Shown piece after piece: positions 1 to 9,367 of a DNA stretch of 64,000 bases. Made by a program: the position numbers and the translations under genes. This DNA comes from an uncultured Candidatus Poseidoniales archaeon. Its GTDB lineage: Archaea > Thermoplasmatota > Poseidoniia > Poseidoniales > Poseidoniaceae. Every line of letters begins with the position of its first letter. The stretch's first letter is position 1. The notes beneath the pieces were generated by a model. The model did not search any database. It saw only the letters and a list, made by a program, of their open reading frames with translations, and was not told the origin of the DNA. The stretch lies in the NCBI GenBank assembly GCA_902563095.1, contig CACEWA010000004.1:114-64113 (forward strand), in the 5' to 3' direction.

Positions 1-137
1 GAGGCCAATTCCTCGAGACTAACTACATCACCTTTTTTTAGGTCGTTAGATTTGACCCATTCTTTTGGCAGTGATACGATTATTGTAGAACCACCGGTGA
101 CCTGGAGCTTACGGAACTCGCTATCTTGGCCTACCAT
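1..137 (-). CDS. AbrB/SpoVT-domain PhoU-family phosphate uptake regulator, N-terminal 45 codons only (gene runs off the left edge)
   Basis: Absent from the ORF track because it is truncated. The reverse complement of 1-137 starts at ATG (137-135) and reads [45 protein letters not shown]. The RKxQxTGGSTxxVSLPKxW motif is typical of archaeal AbrB-PhoU regulators. GGGGGAGA lies 3-4 nt upstream of the ATG, and the gene is divergent from pstS. Confidence 0.6.
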   Translation of the reverse strand, partial: MVGQDSEFRKLQVTGGSTIIVSLPKEWVKSNDLKKGDVVSLEELA

Positions 138-294
138 AAATCTCCCCCGGTTTGTTGCCAGTACATTCCATGATACATACGCCCTCAATATAGACTACAG
201 TGAAATATATATTAATACATATTGTAATGTAAAATCTAATGGTCAACCATATGGGCTTCATGCCCTACGCACAGGACAACAGGAGAGAACCTGA

Positions 295-1395
295 ATGAGT
301 TTGAAAAGAAACGGAATGGCGTGGACACTTGTCCTTACAATGATGGTTGCTGGATTAGCAGGCTGCCTTGGAGGAGACAGTGACACAGACGAAGAAGTAA
401 AGACGATTAACATAGCTGGAAGCAGTACAGTATACCCTGTGGCAAGTGCTTGGGGACAAGCTTACCAAACTGTGAACACTGATGTGACAGTTACAGTTGC
501 TGGTGGAGGATCAGGCGCAGGTGCATCAAAGGTATGCAGCACTGATACTGACTCTGTACACATCGGCGACATGAGTCGCGATTGGAAGGATTCCGAAGCG
601 ACCAGAAACGCTGATGGATATACATTTGATTGCGTAAACTCTGACGTTACTGTCACACAATTAGTGGTAGCAGTAGACGGATTATCCGTTGTTGTGAAGA
701 AAGGTGGAGCGGCAGACCAGTGTCTGAACTCCATGGGTGGCATTTCAATGGCTCAGCTAAGGTGGGTCTTCTCTGACTGGACAGAGTCCGAATTAGAAGC
801 AGATGGAGTAGACTTGAACTCTACAACTCCAAACAACGACGGCGACGACCTAAGAGAGTGGGGGGACCTAGATGCGTCATGCGATGACACAGAGATTACA
901 CTATGGGGCGCAGACTCCGATTCTGGAACCTACGAATATTTTGGAGAGCAGGTATTTTGTAAGAACTGCTTCTCTGGAAAGGAAGGATATGAATACGAAG
1001 GGTTTGACACAGAGAGAGGTTACCAAAACTCTGCTGACGACAACCAGATTGTCAAAGGAATCGATGGGGATGAGAATGCAATCGGTTACTTCGGCTATGC
1101 TTACTATGAAGAGAATGCAAACAAGTTGAACGTTGTAGCCATTGCTAACAACGACACCCACGGCGTCCAAGACGCCGGAGGTGCTGTAGTTCCCAGTGAG
1201 CAGACTGTAGCAGACAACAGTTACGCACCTCTCTCAAGAGCGATTTACATGAATGTAAACAATGCTAACTGGGATTTAGTTCGTGGCTTCTTTGAGTATG
1301 GTTATTCCGAAGAAGGAATGGAGCATGTATCCGATGTAGGATACGTTGCCCTTCCGGATGACATGATCGAAGATATGCTAGCAAGACTAGGTTGA
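295..1395 (+). CDS. pstS: phosphate-binding lipoprotein, PstS family (ABC substrate-binding protein)
   Basis: Signal peptide with lipobox (MMVAGLAGC). PstS/PBP signature INIAGSSTVYPVASAW...VAGGGSGAGASKV...IGDMSRDWKDSE. AGGAGAG Shine-Dalgarno motif upstream of the ATG. Confidence 0.85.
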   Translation: MSLKRNGMAWTLVLTMMVAGLAGCLGGDSDTDEEVKTINIAGSSTVYPVASAWGQAYQTVNTDVTVTVAGGGSGAGASKVCSTDTDSVHIGDMSRDWKDSEATRNADGYTFDCVNSDVTVTQLVVAVDGLSVVVKKGGAADQCLNSMGGISMAQLRWVFSDWTESELEADGVDLNSTTPNNDGDDLREWGDLDASCDDTEITLWGADSDSGTYEYFGEQVFCKNCFSGKEGYEYEGFDTERGYQNSADDNQIVKGIDGDENAIGYFGYAYYEENANKLNVVAIANNDTHGVQDAGGAVVPSEQTVADNSYAPLSRAIYMNVNNANWDLVRGFFEYGYSEEGMEHVSDVGYVALPDDMIEDMLARLG

Positions 1396-1426
1396 AACCA
1401 ACTAAACCGGGATAGCCGGTAAATTT

Positions 1427-1466
1427 GGCCCACAGGGGAAGTCCTCTCCCCTGTGGGCCTTTTTTT
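1427..1466 (+). terminator. intrinsic-terminator-like hairpin plus T7 run after pstS
   Basis: Perfect 13-bp stem, GGCCCACAGGGGA (1427-1439) pairing with TCCCCTGTGGGCC (1447-1459), with a 7-nt loop. It is followed directly by TTTTTTT (1460-1466). A smaller ACCGG/CCGGT hairpin lies at 1406-1420. Confidence 0.6.
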
Positions 1467-1528
1467 ATTTCATTCTGAGATAAGAAACCATCAAGGACAA
1501 TAGAGTATGCCCCATACATGGTGGAAGT

Positions 1529-4500
1529 ATGAAGGGCCGAGCTTTTCTGTTAGTTTTCCTTATGGCAATGGCACCTTATCTGTCAACAATTGATGTGGTT
1601 GAAGCGACTTCCGGCAGAGCAATGGCATGTGCAGGGAATGTTTGCTTGAATGAAGCTCTACCTAATCCCAATGGCTATGACGACGCTGCATGGCCAGGTG
1701 GAGAATGGATGGAAATATACAATTCAGGAACCACTGCAGTTGATGTATTGAACTGGGAATTAGTCAACAAGGCAAACAAAGTACTGACATTTGATTCCTC
1801 CTCTATTGTTGGTTTTGAGGCTGGAAACTCCAGCACTTGGACAATACAGCCGGGTGATTACATGGTTATTGCAAGAAATGCAAACCAAAATTTCTACCTC
1901 ACAAATACCGCTGATTGGATCACTATGAATGATGCTTCAGGAAATACTGTTGACCAAGCATCTTGGAACTCTACAGCATCTGGAGTCAGCCTAGAGGAAG
2001 ACCCAACCAATGCAATGAATGATTGGATTTCGACTAACAGTCCAACACCCGGCTCAGTGAACAGTGCATCTACAGGACCTGTTCCTTCAGACTTGAGAAT
2101 AAGCGAAGTCATGGCTAACCCTTGGCCATCTGCCGACAATGCTTCTTGGCCAGGTGGAGAATGGCTTGAGATTTGGAACTCAGGTCAAAGTGACATCGAC
2201 CTAACTGGTTGGACAGTGGTTGATAATGCTGGAAACATCATTCCTTTCAATGAAAGTCACCTAATCGGTTCGTCCTCAATCATAGGGCCCGATGAATATC
2301 GTGTAGTTGCAGTAAACTCCTCTACTTCTTGGGGAGTATTCAACAACGGAGGAGAAACACTACGTCTGCAATGGCCGAATGGAACAATGGCAGAATCAAT
2401 ATCTTGGAGTGACACTGTGTCTGGCTTCTCTTTAGTCGAACAGGTCGACTTATCTTGGTCGCATTCAGCATATCCTACTCCCGGTTCTGCTAACCCTGCA
2501 TACTGGGAAGTAATCGTTAATGGAACTTCGATGATCAAGATAACCGAGGTCTTGGTCAATTCAACAACAGACGGAGCGCCATTACCTGATGGGGAATGGC
2601 TAGAATTGCACAATACTGCCAATAGCGATTACGACCTAAACGGTTGGAAATTAATGGATGGGATGGGCAATGTCACACACATTGATGCTCTAACCCTAGA
2701 GAACAACATGACTCAACCAGGCACAATGATTGCTGCAGATGGAAGAAGATTGGTTCAATTTTTCATGGGAACTGAACTTTGGGACAACTACAACCATGTC
2801 ATGCTGATTGACCAAGCAGGTGCAATCGTTCACAAATCGTGGTGGAATAGTGACCCTGGACTAAACGTTTCACTGATTGAATCACCAGATCCAATGGGGG
2901 CATGGGTTCCAGCAAGTTGGCCTACACCTGGCCAACCTGAGCCAAGTACTGTCTCAATGGTCGGTGAAATCGCATTCAACGAAATCCTGCCAGATGCTGT
3001 AGGAAATGATACCTCTTCTTGGCCCAACGGGGAATGGATTGAACTGATCAACATCGGAAACCAGACTATTGACATTGCAAACTGGCACTTCAAATCCGGT
3101 TCTAGAAACTTCAACATCAATCCTCACCAAATGCCACTCAAGAGTGACACAATGGTTAATCCTGGTGAGATTGTCTTAGTAGCTATCAATGGAAGTCAAG
3201 GATTCTATCTAAGGAATACAAACCCTGACACCATCGAATTGAGAGACTCTACAAACCAAATCATCTCTACAATCACCTACAACTCCAGCACCGAAGGCGA
3301 ATCAAACTGGTTCTGGAACGGTGATTGGTCACAATCTCCATGGCCTACACCAGGTACTGCAAACCCACAAACTTCACCTTACACTGGTGATGATTCCATT
3401 GAAATCACCGAGATACTTGCACACTGTTCAGATGGAAGCATCACCCCAGCTGATGATTGGATAGAAGTAATGAACAATGGCACACAGATGATTGATTTGT
3501 CTGCTTGGAGAATGATATCTAGCGATGGTGATTTGATGCATCTGCGCTCAGATAGGGTGTGGAATTCTACCAGCATGATTATCGCTCCTGGAGAAAGATT
3601 TGTTTTCACAACTCCGAACTGGTTTATCAGCGGCTTGGGAGATTCCATCTCCCTCCAAGACCCTGATGGTTTGGAAGTTGATTTCGTTGGCTGGAGCATT
3701 ACTACTGACTGTAAAACCATGAATGGTGATGGAGAAGTTCTACCGTGGCCAACACCGGGAGAAGAAGAGCCTGATACTTCGGATTTTGCTGGACCTGAAG
3801 ACTTGATTTTCAGCCGTTTCATGTTTGAAGAAAAGAGCCAAGACACTAATGATGAATTCTTTGAAATTAGCAACACTGGAGACCTAATGGCTGTCCTAAA
3901 TGGTTGGTCTATTAGGAAGATAACCACTGGTGGAACCACCTTCAATGGGACATTTACTGCAGGTGAAATTAATGCGGGTTCATCGGTAATTATCAGCCCA
4001 GATGCGAATTCCGTAAAGGCGATGGGCGCCACAATGATACTGGATGCAGATGAAGTGATGAATTTCCCTGTATGGATGCCTAACAGTGGAGCAACAATCC
4101 AATTGGTTGCACCTAATGGAGTCATTGCTGATACATTCGTTTATGGAAATGGACCTACTTCTGAAGAAGGTTGGTCCGGCCCTTCGATTGGCGAACCAGT
4201 AACGACTGTCGACCGTATTCTGTACCTGAGAGGTGACGGATGCGGAAGCATGCCGGATACCGATTCATCTAGCGATTGGGAGATGCGTTGGTCGGTTGCA
4301 GGTGCAAGTCATTTCTGTGGCATCAATACATTCACAGATGACACTAGCGTAACCCCACTCATTGGTCCTTCAGCAGGTCTTGATGATGTAGTTACAATGA
4401 TGAATAACGCAAACGATTCTATTCATTTGCACGTATACCAATTACACGACACTTACCTTGCAATGTCACTCATTGAAGCAGCAGCAAGAGGTGTAGACAT

Positions 4501-6226
4501 CACCGTAGTTATCCATGAGCCAGAAAGCTGGTGGGGTGACTACAATGTTGGACAGAGTCTGGGAATAGCATGGGAGTTAGAGAATGTAGGAATTGAAGTA
4601 ATGCAATTTTCATCTTCTTCATCTTCTCCTTACCAGTATGTACACTCCAAGGTTGCTGTAGTCGATTCATCTCAAGTTTGGATTAGTTCAGGAAACTGGA
4701 AGTCATCATCTCTGCCAAGTGATGGAGTTGGTAATCGTGACTGGGGAGTCATTGTAGACAGTGAAGACCTTGCTTCGATTGTTCTTGAGAGAATGGCATT
4801 TGATGAAGACCCAAGTGAACTACATGTTGAAGATTCAACATATACACAACCTGAATCTGGTTCCTATTCACCTCCGGTTTCATACCCTGTGGGACAAACA
4901 ACCGCAGCGATTTCCGGACCAATTAGCGGTGAATTATTGACATGCCCTGATGATTGTATGCAGGGATTATCAGATTTCATCGACTCAGCAGATTCCGAAA
5001 TTCTACTATCCTTGCAGTACTTTGAGATGGATTGGTATTGGGGATGGGGAGAGAACCCACTGCTCGACTCACTCGAAGACGCTGCCGCTAGAGGTGTAGC
5101 AATCCGTCTTGTAATCAATCAACACTACGTAAATGAAAACCCAGGAATTAGAGAAGCTGTGAATTCATTCAATGAATGGGAAGGAGATGTTGAAGCCATC
5201 TTAATGAGCGAAAATGAAACTGTCACTAAGTTGCACAACAAGGGTGTAATTATCGACGGAGAGAGTGTTCTAATCTCTAGCATTAATTGGGGAGACAACT
5301 CGATTCTTCGTAACAGAGAGATGGGGTTGATTATCCATTCACAGCAGGTCACTCAGCCTTACATGGATTCATTCTGGGAAGATTGGAATCGCCTAGATCC
5401 TACCACTGATACCGATATCGATGGGATTCCAGACTTCTGGGAAGTTGCTAACAATTTGTCTAGAACAAATCAAGATTCAACTCTAGACCCTGATGGAGAT
5501 GGTCTTACCAACTTAGGAGAATATTCCTATGGTTCTGATCCAAATTCCAATGATACTGACGGAGATTGTATCACCGATGGTGATGAAATCCTGTGGGCGG
5601 CAACCATGGCAAATGTGACTGCAGGAAGCGCTTTGACTCTAACAGATGCTGATGGAGATGGTGTAGACGATTATACAATCATAGGATGCATCCCTGAGCT
5701 AGATGAACAGCCAAATCAGGACAATGATTCAGATAACAACGGTGATAATAACACCGTAGTCGATGATCTTGATTCTGATAACGATGGAATCCTCAATGAA
5801 TTTGATGATTGCCCAGATACAGAAGCAGGCGCTGCCACAGATACCCAAGGATGTTCAAATGAGCAAAACAAGAATCAGGTCTACAAAGACACTGAAGAAG
5901 ATGGACTCTCAAGTGGAATGACATTCATGTGGGTTCTAATTATCGGCGGAATATTCGTTCTATTCGGGGCTGGTTCCCTCCTTCTGAAGCAAAAGAAGGA
6001 GGAAGATTCTGAAGACGAAATATCTCATATCCCTGAATTAGCTGAAACAAAATCTTGGGATATGCCAGTGCTAGATGGCACATCAGCAGAAGAATCTGAT
6101 GGGCCAGATCTAAGTCGATTCCCCGGTTGGAGTTCGGAACAGGTGCAAAAGTACCTTGATTCCGGATGGAGTGAAGACCAACTTGCAGAGTGGTATCAGC
6201 AGCAAGTAGACAATAATAACGCGTAA
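1529..6226 (+). CDS. surface-anchored multi-LTD (lamin tail domain) protein with dual-HKD phospholipase D-family module
   Basis: 1565-aa ORF with N-terminal signal peptide MKGRAFLLVFLMAMAPYL. Six ~145-aa repeats carry the LTD-type signature (ISEVMANP...WPGGEWLEIWNSG..DIDLTGW) and each ends in WPTPG. Two HKD motifs: HSKVAVVDSSQVWISSGNW (His codon at 4643) and HNKGVIIDGESVLISSINWG (His codon at 5234). Acidic DxDxDG repeats, a C-terminal TM helix (about 5918-5990) and a ~80-aa tail follow. There are more than 20 N-x-S/T sequons in the ectodomain. Confidence 0.8.
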   Translation: MKGRAFLLVFLMAMAPYLSTIDVVEATSGRAMACAGNVCLNEALPNPNGYDDAAWPGGEWMEIYNSGTTAVDVLNWELVNKANKVLTFDSSSIVGFEAGNSSTWTIQPGDYMVIARNANQNFYLTNTADWITMNDASGNTVDQASWNSTASGVSLEEDPTNAMNDWISTNSPTPGSVNSASTGPVPSDLRISEVMANPWPSADNASWPGGEWLEIWNSGQSDIDLTGWTVVDNAGNIIPFNESHLIGSSSIIGPDEYRVVAVNSSTSWGVFNNGGETLRLQWPNGTMAESISWSDTVSGFSLVEQVDLSWSHSAYPTPGSANPAYWEVIVNGTSMIKITEVLVNSTTDGAPLPDGEWLELHNTANSDYDLNGWKLMDGMGNVTHIDALTLENNMTQPGTMIAADGRRLVQFFMGTELWDNYNHVMLIDQAGAIVHKSWWNSDPGLNVSLIESPDPMGAWVPASWPTPGQPEPSTVSMVGEIAFNEILPDAVGNDTSSWPNGEWIELINIGNQTIDIANWHFKSGSRNFNINPHQMPLKSDTMVNPGEIVLVAINGSQGFYLRNTNPDTIELRDSTNQIISTITYNSSTEGESNWFWNGDWSQSPWPTPGTANPQTSPYTGDDSIEITEILAHCSDGSITPADDWIEVMNNGTQMIDLSAWRMISSDGDLMHLRSDRVWNSTSMIIAPGERFVFTTPNWFISGLGDSISLQDPDGLEVDFVGWSITTDCKTMNGDGEVLPWPTPGEEEPDTSDFAGPEDLIFSRFMFEEKSQDTNDEFFEISNTGDLMAVLNGWSIRKITTGGTTFNGTFTAGEINAGSSVIISPDANSVKAMGATMILDADEVMNFPVWMPNSGATIQLVAPNGVIADTFVYGNGPTSEEGWSGPSIGEPVTTVDRILYLRGDGCGSMPDTDSSSDWEMRWSVAGASHFCGINTFTDDTSVTPLIGPSAGLDDVVTMMNNANDSIHLHVYQLHDTYLAMSLIEAAARGVDITVVIHEPESWWGDYNVGQSLGIAWELENVGIEVMQFSSSSSSPYQYVHSKVAVVDSSQVWISSGNWKSSSLPSDGVGNRDWGVIVDSEDLASIVLERMAFDEDPSELHVEDSTYTQPESGSYSPPVSYPVGQTTAAISGPISGELLTCPDDCMQGLSDFIDSADSEILLSLQYFEMDWYWGWGENPLLDSLEDAAARGVAIRLVINQHYVNENPGIREAVNSFNEWEGDVEAILMSENETVTKLHNKGVIIDGESVLISSINWGDNSILRNREMGLIIHSQQVTQPYMDSFWEDWNRLDPTTDTDIDGIPDFWEVANNLSRTNQDSTLDPDGDGLTNLGEYSYGSDPNSNDTDGDCITDGDEILWAATMANVTAGSALTLTDADGDGVDDYTIIGCIPELDEQPNQDNDSDNNGDNNTVVDDLDSDNDGILNEFDDCPDTEAGAATDTQGCSNEQNKNQVYKDTEEDGLSSGMTFMWVLIIGGIFVLFGAGSLLLKQKKEEDSEDEISHIPELAETKSWDMPVLDGTSAEESDGPDLSRFPGWSSEQVQKYLDSGWSEDQLAEWYQQQVDNNNA
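1640..4170 (+). repeat. six tandem in-frame lamin-tail-domain (LTD) coding repeats
   Basis: Repeat cores: NEALPNPNGYDDAAWPGGEWMEIYNSG, SEVMANPWPSADNASWPGGEWLEIWNSG, TEVLVNSTTDGAPLPDGEWLELHNTA, NEILPDAVGNDTSSWPNGEWIELINIG, TEILAHCSDGSITPADDWIEVMNNG, and the degenerate SRFMFEEKSQDTNDEFFEISNTG. The period is roughly 145 aa. The repeats have diverged at DNA level. Confidence 0.7.
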
Positions 6227-6264
6227 GATTGACAAGGGAGTGCTATAATCGCTACCTGAGTCAC

Positions 6265-7011
6265 ATGGTGTACCGTAGTAGCAACCCCGCGCTGAACCCT
6301 CAATACTTCCAAGGTGGAATGGCAGCAGAAAGAATGACCTTAGATGGTACAATAAACAAGACACTAACACTGTTGGGTCTAGTATCAATCGCTGCAATGT
6401 TATCTTACTCGATTGTATCACAAAACTCAGGTTTAGGCTTCTTGATGATTATCGGAGCAGGCATAGGCGGTTTTGTTCTAGCATTAGCAATCATGTTCAT
6501 TCGACCTAATAATCCACAGATTTTGATGAGCATGTATGCTTTATTGGAAGGTCTGTTCATAGGTGGATTTTCTTATATGGTCGAGAATTATTACCTAGGT
6601 GGATCTGAAGGAGTTGTTCTCCAAGCATTAGTAGGAACCGTTGCAGTATTCTTGACTATGCTGGCTGTCTACAAATTCGGAATCATCAAGCCTACAGAGA
6701 AATTTGTCTTGGTAGTCACCTCAATGGTTGGTGCAATCATGATCATCTATGTATTCAATTTCGTACTAATGTTGTTTGGAACAGGAGTGCCATTCATGCA
6801 CAGTAGTGGACCAATCGGAATTGGTATCAGCGTAGTTTTCATCACAGTAGCAGCATTAATGCTGATTGTTGACTTCGGAATGATTGAGAATGGCGTCAAG
6901 TTTGGTGCCCCGAAAAATATGGAATGGTATGGAGCATTTGGATTGGTACTCACTCTAGTTTGGCTATACATTGAGATGCTGAAGTTAATCGCAAAGTTAC
7001 GTGATAACTGA
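6265..7011 (+). CDS. Bax inhibitor-1/YccA family membrane protein
   Basis: MVYRSSNPALNP N-terminus and about 7 TM helices, with a charged C-terminal LKLIAKLRDN typical of BI-1/YccA. The ORF track starts at TTG 6229. I prefer ATG 6265. Confidence 0.75.
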   Translation: MVYRSSNPALNPQYFQGGMAAERMTLDGTINKTLTLLGLVSIAAMLSYSIVSQNSGLGFLMIIGAGIGGFVLALAIMFIRPNNPQILMSMYALLEGLFIGGFSYMVENYYLGGSEGVVLQALVGTVAVFLTMLAVYKFGIIKPTEKFVLVVTSMVGAIMIIYVFNFVLMLFGTGVPFMHSSGPIGIGISVVFITVAALMLIVDFGMIENGVKFGAPKNMEWYGAFGLVLTLVWLYIEMLKLIAKLRDN

Positions 7012-7030
7012 TTACAAGAAAGTGATTAAA

Positions 7031-7963
7031 ATGGCTAGAACACTTGCTGTTTGTAATCTCGCTGACTGGCGAGCAGGAGGCGAAAGGAAAGACGCGTTCG
7101 TCCAAGAAATGGGTGCTGCGCTTCAGGACATTGGTTTCTTCGCACTGACAGGGCATGGAATTGATGTTGAAGCCATAAAAAAATCATATTCTGTTGCAGA
7201 GGGTTTCTTTCAATTGCCACAAGAAGAAAAAGGCAGATATGAACAAGCTGAATTGTTCCGCCAAAGAGGTTACACTCCCTATGGAGTTGAACATGCAAAG
7301 GATAACCCTGCACCAGATTTGAAAGAGTTCTGGCAAACAGGACGTACCATTGATGACCCTGATTTTCACAAGAATATCTGGCCTGAACGGCCAGCAGACT
7401 TTGAGAGTTCAATCGATGGTTTGTATATCGCCATGGAATCTATGAGTTCTGAATTACTTGCTGCTGCTTCACTATACTTAGCAAAGCCAGAAACATGGCT
7501 ACCAAATATGTCCCACAATGGCAATACCATTCTACGAGTTATCCACTACCCTGCCCTTGGTGAAAACGCTCCAGAAGGAGCAGTTCGAAGTGCACAACAT
7601 GAGGACATCAACCTGATCACACTTCTTGTAGGCGCAACTGCAGATGGGCTACAAGTGATGGACCATGATGGAACTTGGATAGAGGTTGAAGGAAATCATG
7701 ACCACATCATTGTCGACAGTGGAGATATGCTACAGAACTTGACAAATGGTCTATTCAAATCGACAACTCACCGTGTAGTCAATCCACCTGATGCAACATC
7801 TGATAGGTATTCGATGCCAATGTTCGTCCACCCTAGAGACGATGTTGATTTGACTCCACTACCAGAGTTCGTAGAAATGACTGGAGGCGAGGCCTTGTAT
7901 GATTCAATAACCGCAGGAGATTACCTCCATCAGAGGTTGGTTGAAATTGGCTTAGCATCATGA
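7031..7963 (+). CDS. 2-oxoglutarate/Fe(II)-dependent oxygenase (isopenicillin N synthase-like family)
   Basis: HxD...H facial triad context (AQHEDINLITLL ... STTHRVVNP) and a DIOX_N-like N-terminus. GTGAT Shine-Dalgarno motif 4 nt before ATG 7031. The track start GTG 7001 overlaps the upstream gene. Confidence 0.8.
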   Translation: MARTLAVCNLADWRAGGERKDAFVQEMGAALQDIGFFALTGHGIDVEAIKKSYSVAEGFFQLPQEEKGRYEQAELFRQRGYTPYGVEHAKDNPAPDLKEFWQTGRTIDDPDFHKNIWPERPADFESSIDGLYIAMESMSSELLAAASLYLAKPETWLPNMSHNGNTILRVIHYPALGENAPEGAVRSAQHEDINLITLLVGATADGLQVMDHDGTWIEVEGNHDHIIVDSGDMLQNLTNGLFKSTTHRVVNPPDATSDRYSMPMFVHPRDDVDLTPLPEFVEMTGGEALYDSITAGDYLHQRLVEIGLAS

Positions 7964-7972
7964 GGTGTTCTC

Positions 7973-9229
7973 ATGAGACTCATGCCCGATATTTTGGCTG
8001 CAAAACGAGACAATCACGAACTTTTATCAAGTGATTTCCAATACATTTGCAACAATATTACGCGCATTCCTAGAGAGCAACTTGGAGCGTTTTTGATGGC
8101 CTGCCAAATCAACGGCTTGACATCCCAAGAAACAAGTGACCTAACTCGTGCAATGTTAGATGCTGGTGAAAAAATGCCGGTAGCACCAGGACGAGTTGAC
8201 AAACACTCTACAGGCGGAGTTGGCGATAAGATGAGCATCGTTTTAGCTCCAGCACTACGGGCTGCTGGGGCAATAGTACCCATGCTGGCAGGAAGAGGTT
8301 TGGCGCATACTGGAGGAACTATCGACAAACTCGAAGCGATTCCTGGATTCAATACTGGACTTTCAATGCAAGAAATGATGGACAATCCTTGTTTCATTTC
8401 TCGTCAAACAAATGATATCGCTCCTGCAGACCGAATTCTGTATTCGATTCGTGACATCACTGCTACTGTTCCTCAAATCGGATTGATTACTGCATCGATT
8501 ATCTCAAAGAAAGCAGCTGAGGGTCTTGAGAAATTGGTTCTTGATGTGAAGTGTGGAAATGCGGCATTCATGCAAACTAAAGAAGACGCTGTTGCACTTG
8601 CAAAATCTATGGTTGCTACCGGTAATAGTCTCGGAATGAAGGTTACTGCACAGGTTACTGAAATGGACAACCCAATAGGATCTATGTTTGGAAATAGCCA
8701 TGAAATCGTCGAATGTATTCAATGTCTAAAGGGAGATGGGCCTGAAGATACCATGGAACTAGTATATGCTCAGGCCGATTCTTTAGGATATGATATTCGT
8801 CCACACATCACCGATGGTTCAGCACTTGCTGAATTCCGAAGCATGTGTGTGCGCCAAGGGGTGTCAGAGAGCGATATCGATGACCTCATTGCAGACCCAT
8901 GGAGCAAACTAGAACGTTCGACACATTCAACTGAGGTACCTGCCACAAATTCGGGCTGGATTTCAGATATACACGCACTAACCATCGGTGAAATATTGTG
9001 CAAGTTAGGCGCAGGTAGAACTGGAGAAAATTCTGAAATTAATCATGGTGTTGGAGCGGAGCTTCTCGTTCGACGAGGAGATTTTATCGAAGAGGGAACC
9101 TCTTGGATTCGGTTTGATACCGATGCCAGAATGACCAATGAAACGATGCACCAAATCCAACAAGCCCTCACTCTTTCGGATTCTGAATTCCAGATTCCGA
9201 GCAGGGTTTTGCAAATCATCGAAGAATAA
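7973..9229 (+). CDS. thymidine/pyrimidine-nucleoside phosphorylase family protein
   Basis: VDKHSTGGVGDKMSIVLAP and LAHTGGTIDKLEAIPGF motifs. GAGGTG Shine-Dalgarno motif upstream. At 418 aa it lacks the extra N-terminal domain of archaeal AMP phosphorylases. Confidence 0.8.
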   Translation: MRLMPDILAAKRDNHELLSSDFQYICNNITRIPREQLGAFLMACQINGLTSQETSDLTRAMLDAGEKMPVAPGRVDKHSTGGVGDKMSIVLAPALRAAGAIVPMLAGRGLAHTGGTIDKLEAIPGFNTGLSMQEMMDNPCFISRQTNDIAPADRILYSIRDITATVPQIGLITASIISKKAAEGLEKLVLDVKCGNAAFMQTKEDAVALAKSMVATGNSLGMKVTAQVTEMDNPIGSMFGNSHEIVECIQCLKGDGPEDTMELVYAQADSLGYDIRPHITDGSALAEFRSMCVRQGVSESDIDDLIADPWSKLERSTHSTEVPATNSGWISDIHALTIGEILCKLGAGRTGENSEINHGVGAELLVRRGDFIEEGTSWIRFDTDARMTNETMHQIQQALTLSDSEFQIPSRVLQIIEE

Positions 9230-9282
9230 TTTCGACGATTTTGATGGAAGCCGTCATATAGGGAAGGCATGTCGGCAGGGGT

Positions 9283-9355
9283 GCCGTTTTAGCTTAGCTG
9301 GTGGAGCGTGGGACTGTTAATCCCAAGGTCATGGGTTCGAACCCCATAAACGGCG
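9283..9355 (+). tRNA. tRNA-Asn (anticodon GUU)
   Basis: Hand-folded cloverleaf of 73 nt. Acceptor GCCGTTT (9283-9289) pairs with AAACGGC (9348-9354). D-stem is GCTT/GAGC. Anticodon stem TGGGA/TCCCA carries loop CTGTTAA, with anticodon GTT at 9316-9318. There is a 5-nt variable loop and a T-arm ATGGG-TTCGAAC-CCCAT. The discriminator is G, CCA is not fully encoded, and TTTT follows. Confidence 0.9.
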
Positions 9356-9367
9356 CCTTTTCCGTAA

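Noticed and set aside
52-294. 80-aa ORF on the + strand upstream of pstS
   Set aside because: It lies antisense to the clear AbrB-PhoU N-terminus (1-137, minus strand) and across the AT-rich divergent promoter spacer. It has no Shine-Dalgarno motif and no recognisable motif, so it is most likely spurious.
3379-4125. 248-aa antisense ORF, plus several 75-120-aa antisense ORFs, inside the LTD/PLD gene
   Set aside because: The + frame carries unambiguous repeated LTD and HKD motifs over the whole region. The antisense ORFs are low-complexity (Ser/Pro/Ile-rich) shadows.
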